NCBI GenBank assembly: GCA_044892525.1
Contig: CM097885.1
Coordinates: 13,580,001 to 13,644,000, forward strand
DNA: 64,000 bases
Direction: 5' to 3'
From: Schmidtea polychroa
Lineage: Eukaryota
Made by a program: the position numbers and the translations under genes
The notes under the pieces: model-generated
What the model saw: only the letters and a program-made list of their open reading frames with translations
Database searches by the model: none
Told to the model about the DNA's origin: nothing
In this document: piece after piece, positions 19,262 through 30,276 of the stretch
Layout: each line of letters starts with the position of its first letter
Numbering within the stretch: the stretch's first letter is position 1

Positions 19262-22200
19262 ATAAAACATTTATTAAATATAACAAATTTGAATATTGAT
19301 TTTAACAGATAATCAGCTCTACATGGAGTTGTCCATAAGCAAATATTCACATATTTGCTTCATCTGCTGGAATCTCTGATCACTCTCTTCGGATTTCATC
19401 ATCCGGCATTGCGACTTGTCTTTGGTAGATTGAAGATCTAAATTCTTAAATTTGCTTTGTCGCAGAATATTTATCTCGAAAAAATGAAAGTCTCTTTAAT
19501 AATTAGTTTATATTTTTTAATGAAATTTAAATTTAGTTTGTTTTAATAATCAAATTAATAAAAGTTTTAAATTTAATTATATTCCTATGTTGAAAACCAA
19601 TTTATTTTAATTATTCAAAGTTTGGAAGCTTTCCATTACAATGAAAATACCAAATCTTTGCCGAATGTGCAATGTTACTTATTGCACATTCCTTCATCAA
19701 ACCTTTGATTTTTGTTTGTGGAATTCCCATTTTTAATAAAAGATCAGAAGTTTTTGGTTCAATTGATCCCAAGGAACCCATGATGCATGTAAACAATTCA
19801 ACCTTGTAATCAGGTTTAACTGTTTGTATATCTGATTTTAATTTATCATATTTTTCTAAATTTAATTTGTCGACTCGCTCAAAATTAATTACAGAATCAA
19901 TTGGACATTTCATGTCTACTAGCAGAATCGTCTTTTTCTCGGTATTTGTTATTAAAAGATCAACCCGTTCGTTGGAATTTGGTACAAGAGAACATTTGTG
20001 ATCAGTGACAACCAAGAGTTCAGGATTTTTAAGCGCATCTTTAATTTTTTCTAAGCAAGCATTATGTCGATTAGTTGCTAATGATTGATTGATTCTACAA
20101 GTTTGGAGTACATGTAAAATTGTCTCATCTTCAGATTTACATCTACGACAAAGGCGGTCTTCGCCAGTTTTATGTGGCTTAGCAAATGTAGAGAGTGTAT
20201 TTGTTCGAGCTCGATGAATGAAATTCCATTCAAAGTCTGTCAAGTCACTACGGAAAATTAGTTTGTTGACAAATGGACAAAGTTTGAGAGCAGACACAAT
20301 TAGATTACTTTGATTACTTTTCTCCCACTTTTCGAGATACGAATCTTGAAGAACAGAATGGAGAATCTTTGATAATGCTTTTCTTAATTTTGGTAATAAT
20401 ATGCGAGTGCCAGTTAATGAAGTAGTGAGTCGAATCGAAGGATTTTGTTTGAAAGTTTCGAACGAAATTTTAATGTTGTGAACTCGATTGAAATATGCAA
20501 TTGATGCACGCAATCGGTAGAAGCGAGTTTTACTACCACTATGATTTAATTTGCTTTCTTTTCCATTAACCCATTCCAAGCTTTGACTGAGAGTTGGTTC
20601 TTTGATTCCGAGTCTTGGACTTGTCACAGACAAGAGTGAAAAAGTGTTTATCTTTTTTGAGTAGTCGCAAGTTGATGTTAGTAAACGGAAAAAGTAAACA
20701 ATCGACTGTGTGTGATACTCATCAAGAAGGTCAATACAGCCAGCTCCACCATTTTCAGTGGCATTATAGAAATAACTTATTTCAGAGTGGTTTGGTAAAT
20801 TTAATATTTTCCTCAAATGGCTCCTCAATTGGCTAGTACTATTTACATTTATCCTTGAGTTACTACTAGGAGCTGTTAATGAACTAGTTTTAATTTCCCT
20901 AGTTCTAAATGGGAAAATAAGGCGCGAATGCAGGAAGATTTTATAAGCTTTGAGCTTTTGCCAACCATAAAGATCAGAGTTTGCAATCTTTTTAGTATCT
21001 TCAATGACTTGGCTGACGATTTCATAGGGACTTTGATCATTATTATCACCTATTGGCACTCCTAAGTATTGGTAAAATTCATTACCAGCAAGTTTTTTAA
21101 TTAAATCATTGTTGACAACGATTTCACTGACCGTTTCTAGTTTTGGGTATTGTATATATGCACATTTTTCAGGGCGATATTCAAATCCAATATTATTGGC
21201 AGTTTTTACAGCTACATCAATTAGCTTTTGGAGGTCAGTTGAGCTAGTTGCAATAAGTGCAATGTCATCAGCATAAGCTAACACTTGTACTTGAGAAGAG
21301 CCTATCATAAAAGGTGTAATGTTAGATGCGGTAATAGCTTCAAGAACCGGATTAATAGCTATTGCAAACAGAATCATAGAGATCGGGCAGCCTTGTTTTA
21401 CACCTTTCTTAATTGGAATATTCGGTGTCTGCATTTTGTTGCAGCGATAAAAAGAGCTCGTATCTGTATAAAGTAATTTCAGGATATTCACAAAGTTTTC
21501 ACCAACGTTCATATGTCTTAACAATGTCCACATGTATTCGTGTGGAACACTTCCGAAAGCGTCTTTGATGTCAAGCCAGGCTATTGCTAAAGGTGAAGAT
21601 TTACTATATTTTGAATGCTCGACAATCGCAGAGAGAATTGAGTTGTGTTCAATACATCCTTCGTATTCTGAGCCACCCTTTTGGCCAATATGCAGTAGAT
21701 TATTTTCTTTAATCCATAAACTAAGACGAGTTGCAAGAACTGAAGCGAAAACTTTGTAAATCACTGACAGTAATGCGATTGGTCGCCATGAAGATACTTT
21801 ATGGTATTGGTCATTTTTATCAGGTTTCGGAATTAATATTGTTTTAAAAGTTTTCCAACTTGTAGGGATAGATTTCAGTTGAATGATTTTGTTGAAAAGT
21901 AACGTTAGAAGCTTACAATCTGGATCGAGTAACAGAAGATCTTTATAATATACATTATCAAGTCCGGGCGTAGAATTATCAGCTTCCTGAAGATTGGAAA
22001 GAATTTCCATTGGCGTAGTAATTTCTAATTCAAGTAAGCTTTTCGAGATTTTACTAAAGTTTAAAACGTTGTTCCAACTTCCAGGTAAAGTATCTTGATG
22101 AGTGAAAGTGTTTATAATTTCCTGAAATGGTGGTTCAGCTTTTTCGCTCTGATTACCTAAAATTCTGTTTACAGTCTTTTTCATATTTTTCAGAAATTCA

Positions 22201-24786
22201 GTAGAATTGTTGAATTTTTTAGGTTTATTGTGATTTTTCCCAAGATATGGCTCTCGAAATTCTTGATCCTGCAAATTTTCTAGATGAGGAATATTTGCCA
22301 GAATAGTAGAGATAATTTCATCAACATTAGAGTTAGACAATGTAGTTAAAAGCTCATCAATTCTATCTTTGCGTTGCTTCAAAGTTAGTTTCAAAGAATT
22401 AGCAATTTTCAATTTTCCACGTCTCTCAATTTTGACAATGTCATTATTATCAACTATTGGAACTAGAGAGTTGATTATTTCAGAAATTTCAGTCAAGTTA
22501 ATATTTTCAAGAGATTTATCTTGAGTGTAGTTTCTGATAAATGCACAAATTAATATTTTGCTAAATAAACCAGAACCTCTTATATCATGTGGGCAGTGGC
22601 CAATTGTCATTGAACGCCCTTTACTTTGTCTTAGCTCATTAATTTTGAGCACAATGTTATAAGAGAAAGCTTTAGAAAACACATTCAAATCATTGGTCAC
22701 TGGACTAAGAAAATAATGTTCGTCTGTGTCGTAATCAATTACCAACAGCAATTCATGGGCCTTGGGAGGAGAAATTATTGCAAAGATTACATTTGCCTTC
22801 ATCATGTCCTCAATGTTTAAAAAATCATTTAAGTATTGAGTACAATCATCTGAAATTGCAGCAGACAAAGTTCTGTTTAGGAGAATATAATTATTCGATA
22901 ATTTTAGGTTCATAAAATATTCATTAATAATTTTATCAGTTATTTTACCGTTGATTAAATTAAAGTTGGGAGAAATTTCAATGCACGACTGAGATTTTAA
23001 TTCACCAAGTGTATCATATACTTTATCATAATCCAAGAGTCTTTCAAAGACAAATTTCTCAAAAAACACAATAAAGGAACTTGCGAAGTATTGATTGTCA
23101 TTAGAGTGAAAGGAAGGATGCGAGATTCGATGATCAGCTATGAATTTAATTTTTCGATTAAGACAAAATTGATTGAGATAATCGGTCATCTTTTCACCAA
23201 TTTCAATCAATCTCTCATCAATATTTCTATAATTAAAATCAAAAATGTAGCTACGGTTAAGCTTACTGGAGTATATGAAAAGACACCAATCTTTAAATTT
23301 TGGAATGACACCAAGAATGTGATCGATTCCTTTAAATTGTTTAAAGGTGACATTGTCGGCTATAAAAGAGTCATTTTGCGCAATTAAATTGGATGTTAAA
23401 TTGGCAGATAAAACCAAGATTTTAGAATTCTCTTTATAATATTTATCAATTAGTGATGACACACATGGCGCTTGGTTGTTGAGAACTTTAGTAATGTTTA
23501 AATTATTATTTGTAGTTTTAGATTTAGCGATAGCCTTCTTGAAATTGATTGTTGCCATATCTAAATTGTTTTTAGCACCTCCAATTAAATTTGGTGAACC
23601 ATTAACCAAGTGTTTCTGATATCGATGAACATTTCGTCTTATTTCTTCAATGAATCCATCAGGAAAGCTGTTCCAATCTTTACTGATTATCACTGCATAA
23701 GCGCAAGTGAATGGACCACAGTCAAAATTGTTATTTTGATATTGAAGATTTGTATGCGGATGATATGACACTGCTATCTTGAGGTTGAAAAATCTATTTA
23801 GTGCAATATTCATTTTAAGAGCCATTTGTTTGTTGATTAGATTATTTCTGTTATTAAAAATTGGATCAATAAAGTAAGATGAATTCGATTTCTTACAGTA
23901 TACAAAAAGAATCCAATGGGAATTGTTTATATTAAGTGGACAAAAAATCATTTCAGCATTGGTAATTGACTGTGGAATTGCAACAATTTCTTCTTGAATA
24001 TTCGAGCATAGAATATTAACGATGAAACACTTGATGTATCCATGCATTGGATTGTCGATATGGTTTTCAAGATACCAATCAATATCATTATCAGAGAACC
24101 ACATTTCACTATCAAAATCGTCAATTGTTAAATAGTAATTATCTATTGTGCTCTCTGCATCAGTCTCATTAAAGGGAACGGCAGACGCTTGAGCTGATGC
24201 AGGCACACATCTTCATTTGGATTTCGATGATTGTTTTTTTAGTGTCGTAGTTCGCGATTTTGTACCAGATTTCTTTGTGAGAGGTTCTTCAATAGTCTCT
24301 GTAGGGATTGGATTGACTTGACTAGAATTTGATTGATCAGTGGAAATGGCGTCAAATAAACAGTTTTCACAAATGTTAACATTCATTCCTTCTCTGACCA
24401 AAATGAATTTTTCAAGGATGTTATTACATTTCATACAGTTGATTTCTTCAATGACAACGATAGGGTCCATAACATTACTGTTGGTAGTTTGATTGTCAAT
24501 ATCGCAATTGGTTTCGGCTGTTTCTGTTACATTGATTTGGTTAACAATTAATTTTAATTTAGTTATTATTAGAGAAATTTGCTGGCACATCTCTGGAGTG
24601 CAATATTTATTGCTTGTTTCAAACAGACGGAATTTCTGGTTTTTATCCTTAAATTTCTTTGTATCTCTCAACAAAAAATAAATAAATCGCTTCGCTTTAA
24701 CGCCATATGTGTCATCTATTAATTTCTCATTATTAATTGTTTCCATTAATTTAGTAAGGATATTATTGTTTTGAAATTTATTGGGA
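19262..24786 (-). mobile_element. Retrotransposon copy 3, 5'-truncated within ORF1
   Basis: Same 3' junction (tRNA nt 20). The 5' junction joins the tRNA T-arm through a 5-bp microhomology (tggga, 24782-24786), giving a 40-45 bp target duplication. Confidence 0.95.
19611..24206 (-). CDS. ORF2 (Ulp1-RT-CCHC-RLE), intact, 1531 aa
   Basis: Same motifs as 7280-11875 with few amino-acid differences. Confidence 0.95.
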   Translation of the reverse strand: MPASAQASAVPFNETDAESTIDNYYLTIDDFDSEMWFSDNDIDWYLENHIDNPMHGYIKCFIVNILCSNIQEEIVAIPQSITNAEMIFCPLNINNSHWILFVYCKKSNSSYFIDPIFNNRNNLINKQMALKMNIALNRFFNLKIAVSYHPHTNLQYQNNNFDCGPFTCAYAVIISKDWNSFPDGFIEEIRRNVHRYQKHLVNGSPNLIGGAKNNLDMATINFKKAIAKSKTTNNNLNITKVLNNQAPCVSSLIDKYYKENSKILVLSANLTSNLIAQNDSFIADNVTFKQFKGIDHILGVIPKFKDWCLFIYSSKLNRSYIFDFNYRNIDERLIEIGEKMTDYLNQFCLNRKIKFIADHRISHPSFHSNDNQYFASSFIVFFEKFVFERLLDYDKVYDTLGELKSQSCIEISPNFNLINGKITDKIINEYFMNLKLSNNYILLNRTLSAAISDDCTQYLNDFLNIEDMMKANVIFAIISPPKAHELLLVIDYDTDEHYFLSPVTNDLNVFSKAFSYNIVLKINELRQSKGRSMTIGHCPHDIRGSGLFSKILICAFIRNYTQDKSLENINLTEISEIINSLVPIVDNNDIVKIERRGKLKIANSLKLTLKQRKDRIDELLTTLSNSNVDEIISTILANIPHLENLQDQEFREPYLGKNHNKPKKFNNSTEFLKNMKKTVNRILGNQSEKAEPPFQEIINTFTHQDTLPGSWNNVLNFSKISKSLLELEITTPMEILSNLQEADNSTPGLDNVYYKDLLLLDPDCKLLTLLFNKIIQLKSIPTSWKTFKTILIPKPDKNDQYHKVSSWRPIALLSVIYKVFASVLATRLSLWIKENNLLHIGQKGGSEYEGCIEHNSILSAIVEHSKYSKSSPLAIAWLDIKDAFGSVPHEYMWTLLRHMNVGENFVNILKLLYTDTSSFYRCNKMQTPNIPIKKGVKQGCPISMILFAIAINPVLEAITASNITPFMIGSSQVQVLAYADDIALIATSSTDLQKLIDVAVKTANNIGFEYRPEKCAYIQYPKLETVSEIVVNNDLIKKLAGNEFYQYLGVPIGDNNDQSPYEIVSQVIEDTKKIANSDLYGWQKLKAYKIFLHSRLIFPFRTREIKTSSLTAPSSNSRINVNSTSQLRSHLRKILNLPNHSEISYFYNATENGGAGCIDLLDEYHTQSIVYFFRLLTSTCDYSKKINTFSLLSVTSPRLGIKEPTLSQSLEWVNGKESKLNHSGSKTRFYRLRASIAYFNRVHNIKISFETFKQNPSIRLTTSLTGTRILLPKLRKALSKILHSVLQDSYLEKWEKSNQSNLIVSALKLCPFVNKLIFRSDLTDFEWNFIHRARTNTLSTFAKPHKTGEDRLCRRCKSEDETILHVLQTCRINQSLATNRHNACLEKIKDALKNPELLVVTDHKCSLVPNSNERVDLLITNTEKKTILLVDMKCPIDSVINFERVDKLNLEKYDKLKSDIQTVKPDYKVELFTCIMGSLGSIEPKTSDLLLKMGIPQTKIKGLMKECAISNIAHSAKIWYFHCNGKLPNFE

Positions 24787-24860
24787 CTCGAACCCACAAC
24801 CTCCGGATTAGAAGTCCGACGCGCTATCCATTGCGCCACTGAGACTCTAAAGAAATCCAC
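24213..24860 (-). pseudogene. C-terminal remnant of ORF1 fused in frame to tRNA-derived sequence
   Basis: VSVAQWIARRTSNPEVVGSS is the translated tRNA. PNKFQNNN... is the ORF1 C-terminus. Confidence 0.85.
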
Positions 24861-25986
24861 TCACTTCACTTTATCTACATTGGCATTTAAAAAATTGTCA
24901 ATTTGACTCTTGTCAAGTCAAAACAAATTTCTCATGCTTTTGATATTCTTGATAGATTTCGTATGATTGCATTAGAAATTGCTTTGACGATTTTTCGTTG
25001 TTGAAAACAAAATTTTGTCAAAGACAATTCTGTAAAAATGCATCTCAGGTGGGACTCGAACCCACAACCTCCGGATTAGAAGTCCGACGCGCTATCCATT
25101 GCGCCACTGAGACTCTAAAGAAATCCACTCACTTCACTTTATCTACATTGGCATTTAAAAAATTGTCAATTTGACTCTTGTCAAGTCAAAACAAATTTCT
25201 CATGCTTTTGATATTCTTGATAGATTTCGTATGATTGCATTAGAAATTGCTTTGACGATTTTTCGTTGTTGAAAACAAAATTTTGTCAAAGACAATTCTG
25301 TAAAAATGCATCTCAGGTGGGACTCGAACCCACAACCTCCGGATTAGAAGTCCGACGCGCTATCCATTGCGCCACTGAGACTCTAAAGAAATCCACTCAC
25401 TTCACTTTATCTACATTGGCATTTAAAAAATTGTCAATTTGACTCTTGTCAAGTCAAAACAAATTTCTCATGCTTTTGATATTCTTGATAGATTTCGTAT
25501 GATTGCATTAGAAATTGCTTTGACGATTTTTCGTTGTTGAAAACAAAATTTTGTCAAAGACAATTCTGTAAAAATGCATCTCAGGTGGGACTCGAACCCA
25601 CAACCTCCGGATTAGAAGTCCGACGCGCTATCCATTGCGCCACTGAGACTCTAAAGAAATCCACTCACTTCACTTTATCTACATTGGAATTTAAAAAATT
25701 GTCAATTTGACTCTTGTCAAGTCAAAACAAATTTCTCATGCTTTTGATATTCTTGATAGATTTCGTATGATTGCATTAGAAATTGCTTTGACGATTTTTC
25801 GTTGTTGAAAACAAAATTTTGTCAAAGACAATTCTGTAAAAATGCATCTCAGGTGGGACTCGAACCCACAACCTCCGGATTAGAAGTCCGACGCGCTATC
25901 CATTGCGCCACTGAGACTCTAAAGAAATCCACTCACTTCACTTTATCTACATTGGCATTTAAAAAATTGTCAATTTGACTCTTGTC
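24782..25986 (-). tRNA. trnR-UCU: tRNA-Arg(UCU) tandem array block D: 4 complete genes plus a 5' fragment
   Basis: Complete genes at 25041, 25309, 25577 and 25845. Fragment nt 1-64 at 24782-24845. Confidence 0.96.
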
Positions 25987-26280
25987 TAAATTCATATTTT
26001 CATTAGCTTTATTATCTTTAAATTGAAGAGAATTTTTATTTAACGAAAATTTATCAAAATCTATATTAAAATCCTTATTAACATCAATATTTATATTTTT
26101 ATCAAAATATGAATTATTAATATTAGAATTATCTAAATTTGTAATTTCATTACTTTTTTTATCTTTAAATTGCAAAGAATTTTTATTTAAAGAAAATTTA
26201 TCAAAATTATTATAATTATAAGAGAAACTATCAAAATTCAAAGATAAAAATTCTAACCTTTCGAGCATCTTTGAAAACAT
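25933..26280 (-). pseudogene. Diverged ORF1 fragment running into the tRNA spacer (also 32332-32679)
   Basis: FSKMLERLEFLSLNFD...NFDKFSLNK matches ORF1. The last about 17 codons are spacer sequence. Confidence 0.75.
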
Positions 26281-26499
26281 TTTCTGAATTTTCTGAATTT
26301 CTTGTTTTCTCTTTGTGGTGGTAGAGAATGTCGTCTCTGGTTACCTACGTTTTACAGGATCCTTGGGTAATGTATCCGATGAAGTTTTCTTTTTAAATCA
26401 AAGAGACTAATGCTGGAGTCAGAGATCCTCCTGTTTTTTTCTTCGGTCAACTGGGTAATAAATAAGTGAAAATGCAAATAAGTGATTTTTTTGCAATAA

Positions 26500-26730
26500 A
26501 CAAATAGGATCCAATGTGAAATATTAATGTCAATGTCAGAATTGGTTATAGTTTAAGGAATTGAAACAATTTCTTCTGTAATATTCGAGGAAAGAATATT
26601 GACTAGAAAGCATTTGAGGTATCCATGCATCGGATTGTCTATATGCCAGTCAATATCGCTGTCCGTAAACCACATTTCAAGATCACGATCATCAATTGTG
26701 ATGTTAGTAGCTTTTAATGTGGTCTCTGCA
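26500..26730 (-). pseudogene. Decayed Ulp1-domain fragment of a diverged sister element (also about 32899-33129)
   Basis: Minus strand reads approximately EMWFTDSDIDWH.IDNPMHGYLKCFLVNILSSNITEEIVSIP, against ORF2 EMWFSDNDIDWYLENHIDNPMHGYIKCFIVNILCSNIQEEIVAIP. Confidence 0.75.
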
Positions 26731-26759
26731 TAGAATAATAAATAAATACAATAATAATA

Positions 26760-27340
26760 ATAAATACAATAATAATAATAATAAATAAAATAAAACCGAG
26801 AGCAAAAAAAGGTTATCCAAACAATTTGAAAAATGAATTTTCAGTCGGTATTAATACTAATTTGTGATGTTCTCCCACGTGTTTATCATTGAGTTATTAT
26901 CATCATTAAAGTTAGATATTTTATTTTCATTTACAAAAATATTATTTAAATCTGATAAACTATGATAAAATTCAAAAAGAAACACTCTAAACTTTGTTCA
27001 ATTTTCACAATAGAATTCAAATGAGTCTAAACGTCGAAGGATTGAAGTATAAATACAATAATAATAATAATAAATAAAATAAAACCGAGAGCCAAAAAGG
27101 TTATCCAAACAATTTGAAAAATGAATTTTCAGTCGGTATTAATACTAATTTGTGATGTTCTCCCACGTGTTTATCATTGAGTTATTATCATCATTAAAGT
27201 TAGATATTTTATTTTCATTTACAAAAATATTATTTAAATCTGACAAACTATGATAAAATTCAAAAAGAAACACTCTAAACTTTGTTCAATTTTCACAATA
27301 GAATTCAAATGAGTCTAAACGTCGTAGGATTGAAGTATAA
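26760..27340. repeat. Internal direct tandem duplication of about 290 bp (also +6399)
   Basis: taaatacaataataat...gagtctaaacgtcg(a/t)aggattgaagtataa occurs twice. Confidence 0.8.
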
Positions 27341-27825
27341 CCTTAGAAACACCAATTTTCAGTCGTTATTTATACTGATTTGTGATGTCCTCCCACGTAT
27401 TTGCTGCCATTCTGTGAAATCAGAGAGAAAATTCAGAGCTGCAGCGCACACTTACTCTAGTGCTGCACGATTAGTTTAATTTAGTGAATCACATATGGGC
27501 TCATCTTTTATTGGACATTTTCTTTTTTTCTTGTAATGTAATAGAAATTGATTTAAATTAATTTCCGTCGAATCCAGAATTCCATTGTTTCTTGTTTCTT
27601 GTGCCCAGAACACCAAGTCATAAAGATAGTCTGGGTACAGTTGTACCATCTTATTAATGAGAGCTTGGTACATTCTTTCTAAAATAAATTTCAAATTAAA
27701 AATGAAACTTACTATCAATTGATTGTGATAAATTCATCCATTTGTTTGTTTATTTATTTACTTATACATTAACTTTTTTTATTTTCCGAGGACGAAAAAA
27801 ACAGGGGTCCGTTCACATAATTTAT

Positions 27826-28071
27826 TTAATCCAATTGATTGAGCTCACCCTCATCCTCCGATTCCTCCGACACTCCTACCTTCATCCGAAACATTATAAA
27901 ATCCGCTTCATGTTGAAATAGTAAAATCTCCATGCGATCCAACCGCTTTCTCAGATGGAAGTTTTCTTCCTCGAAATCCGTTATCCTACCATGCATACTT
28001 CGAAACTTCCGCTTCAATTCTTGTGTATTCGTTTTGCATTCTTTACATGACATTTCCGAGGCTTCTTGCAT
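27826..28071 (-). CDS. Small hypothetical coiled-coil protein with acidic tail (also 34225-34470)
   Basis: ATG start, GC content above background, CxxC followed by heptad-like ITDFEEENFHLRKRLDRME. No recognised homologue. Confidence 0.35.
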   Translation of the reverse strand: MQEASEMSCKECKTNTQELKRKFRSMHGRITDFEEENFHLRKRLDRMEILLFQHEADFIMFRMKVGVSEESEDEGELNQLD

Positions 28072-29491
28072 TTTCTGAAATTAAATGATCAAGCATCAAC
28101 ACCTTGCCTTGAATCCTATCAAACAAATCGCACAGCTCATACTATGATACTTATAAAACATGAACTTTGTCTATATAATGCAATATATTTATACATTATT
28201 TATAGCATGCAGATCACAAATTTATAGTCTTTCGATGGTGTAAGCTAATTCTTGTTTATTTCTTGAGATTCTCCAATTTCCGCAGCATACACATTGTGAA
28301 TCACATATGGGCTCATCTTTTATTGGACATTTTTTCTTGTAATGTAATAGAAATTGATTTAAATTAATTCACGTCGCATCCAGAATTCTATTGTTTATTG
28401 TTTCTTGTGCCCAGAACACCAAGTCATAAAGATAGTCTGGGTACAGTTGTACCATCTTATTAATTAGAGCTTGGTACATTCTTTTTGACATAACATTTGA
28501 TAATGAAATAAATAAATAATGTACTTGTATTTGATGGAAGCTTCAATTTTATTGGCATTTAAAAATTGTCAATCTAAACTAATTTTGCTAAATCTTTTCC
28601 CTCCTCGTTTATCTATGGGTTCTCCTTTGAGTCTGGGACATTTCTCGTTTAAATTTCGCTAATGTTGTGTTGAGTGTCCAGATTATGTATGTGATTAAAA
28701 AAATCAGATTAATTAAAATTTACCTACTTTCCCGACTACAGTGAGTATGGTACGATATGCTCGCTTGTGATTTGAAGCCACATAAATATCCCATAATTGA
28801 TTCGTCCGCATAGCCCCTGTAACTATGCCGACTACCGAGATGGATTTACGTGCCCTACTCCTGGTTGAACACCATTTGTTCGTGGTGACCTCTGGTAGTT
28901 AATATCATTTTACTGCATGTAGGATCGTAAAACCCTAATCATTGTGAGATGTGCAATCAAGCTTGGATGCAGGAATGGTTAACGTCACGTGCAATGTTAT
29001 GCTCACGACGACTTAAATCACTCTTTAATCACTTATTATTATTATTATTATTATTATTATTTACAAAAATATTATTTAAATTAACATTCATGATTGCAGT
29101 TAGCAACCATGAATGCTAACAAAGACATCATGTGTTTAATGCGTGATCAGCGCATAAAGACAATGATTAATGACAAAGACAGTGCATGATCAGTGCATGT
29201 CACATAAAGAAACATAATGAAATTAAAATTCCTATAGAAAAAAGATTTAAAATTATCTAAACCTAAAGGATTGGCATTTAATTCCTCCCCAGATAAAAAT
29301 TTATTTAATTTTAAGTATTTATTCTTTGATTCCTTAATTTTAGTTAAAGGAATCAAATTTGGAAACTTATTATAGAGCTGTTTTCGCTCTTTTTTTAGTT
29401 AAAATACGAATATAAGTTTTAAAATCAAATATTTTATTACTTATTTTCGGTTTGGAAATAAAAACTTTAGGATTTAAAGAACTTTTATTAT

Positions 29492-30276
29492 CGTCTATGC
29501 TCTCCTCAGGTCTCCCCGATTCCCGCAATGACTCCACCAATGCGATGAACGCTGCCTTCTTTAGCTGTCCCCTAATGGACTCGGCTGTTCGACCCTGACC
29601 GTGAACTTGTGACAATACCTTCGGATCCCGACCATTCACCACTACTTCCCTCACTAGGATCTGAATTTCTTCCTCTAGCCACCTTCTCGTCACCACCCTT
29701 TCACCCCGCTCTTTCTCCAAAAGAGCATCTGTCTTCTCCCTGTGGGCACTCCTCTGGTGCACGCCTCTGCCAATTTTTGTAGCGAAATCCTTCTCACAAA
29801 AATTGCATTTGAACTTCTCAACTTCGGCCGTGAAATCCCGGACCGCACCATTCACCGATAAATTATTATTTATTGTGTTGATTTCCATGGTGTATTTAGG
29901 CGACGACGGTTTTGTGGACCGAAGTGCCCGTTGATAGCTTCCCAGAAGCACTTGCCGAGGTGAGACATTCCTCTGCTTAACTTTGTTATCGATCTGTCCC
30001 TGACCGCTCCAGATAGGAGTTGCCTCCTTTTGGCTCTATAGGTTACCCTACAGTTTCCCTAAGCTTCCAGCCGTTCGAAAAGAATACATTTGGTTGTCAC
30101 TCTTGGAGGAGTGGGTAACAGGAGTAACCACGAGAAGGTAGTATTTCTTTTCTTTCACCTCGCGCAGAAGAGATCTTCTGCCAGGGACGCTAGCCTGCTG
30201 CACCTTGGCCATCCTTCACAGGACGGACTGATCAAGGGCATTGGAACCAGATTACCATGACCACGATTAAGAGAGT
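29492..30276 (-). mobile_element. 5' fragment of an R2-type retrotransposon (5' UTR plus C2H2 zinc finger and Myb domain)
   Basis: GC-rich island encoding CNFCEKDFATKIGRGVHQRSAH and RRWLEEE...RTAESIRGQL. Begins with ACTCTCTTAA, the 28S rDNA sequence just upstream of the R2 site. Confidence 0.85.
30083..30145 (-). ncRNA. HDV-like ribozyme core in the R2 5' UTR (also 36482-36544)
   Basis: Minus strand AATAC(P2) T ACC-TTCTCGT-GGT(P3/L3) TACTCCT(P1 3' strand) ...CACTC/GAGTG(P4)... CCAAA T GTATT(P2'). Folded by eye only. Confidence 0.7.
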
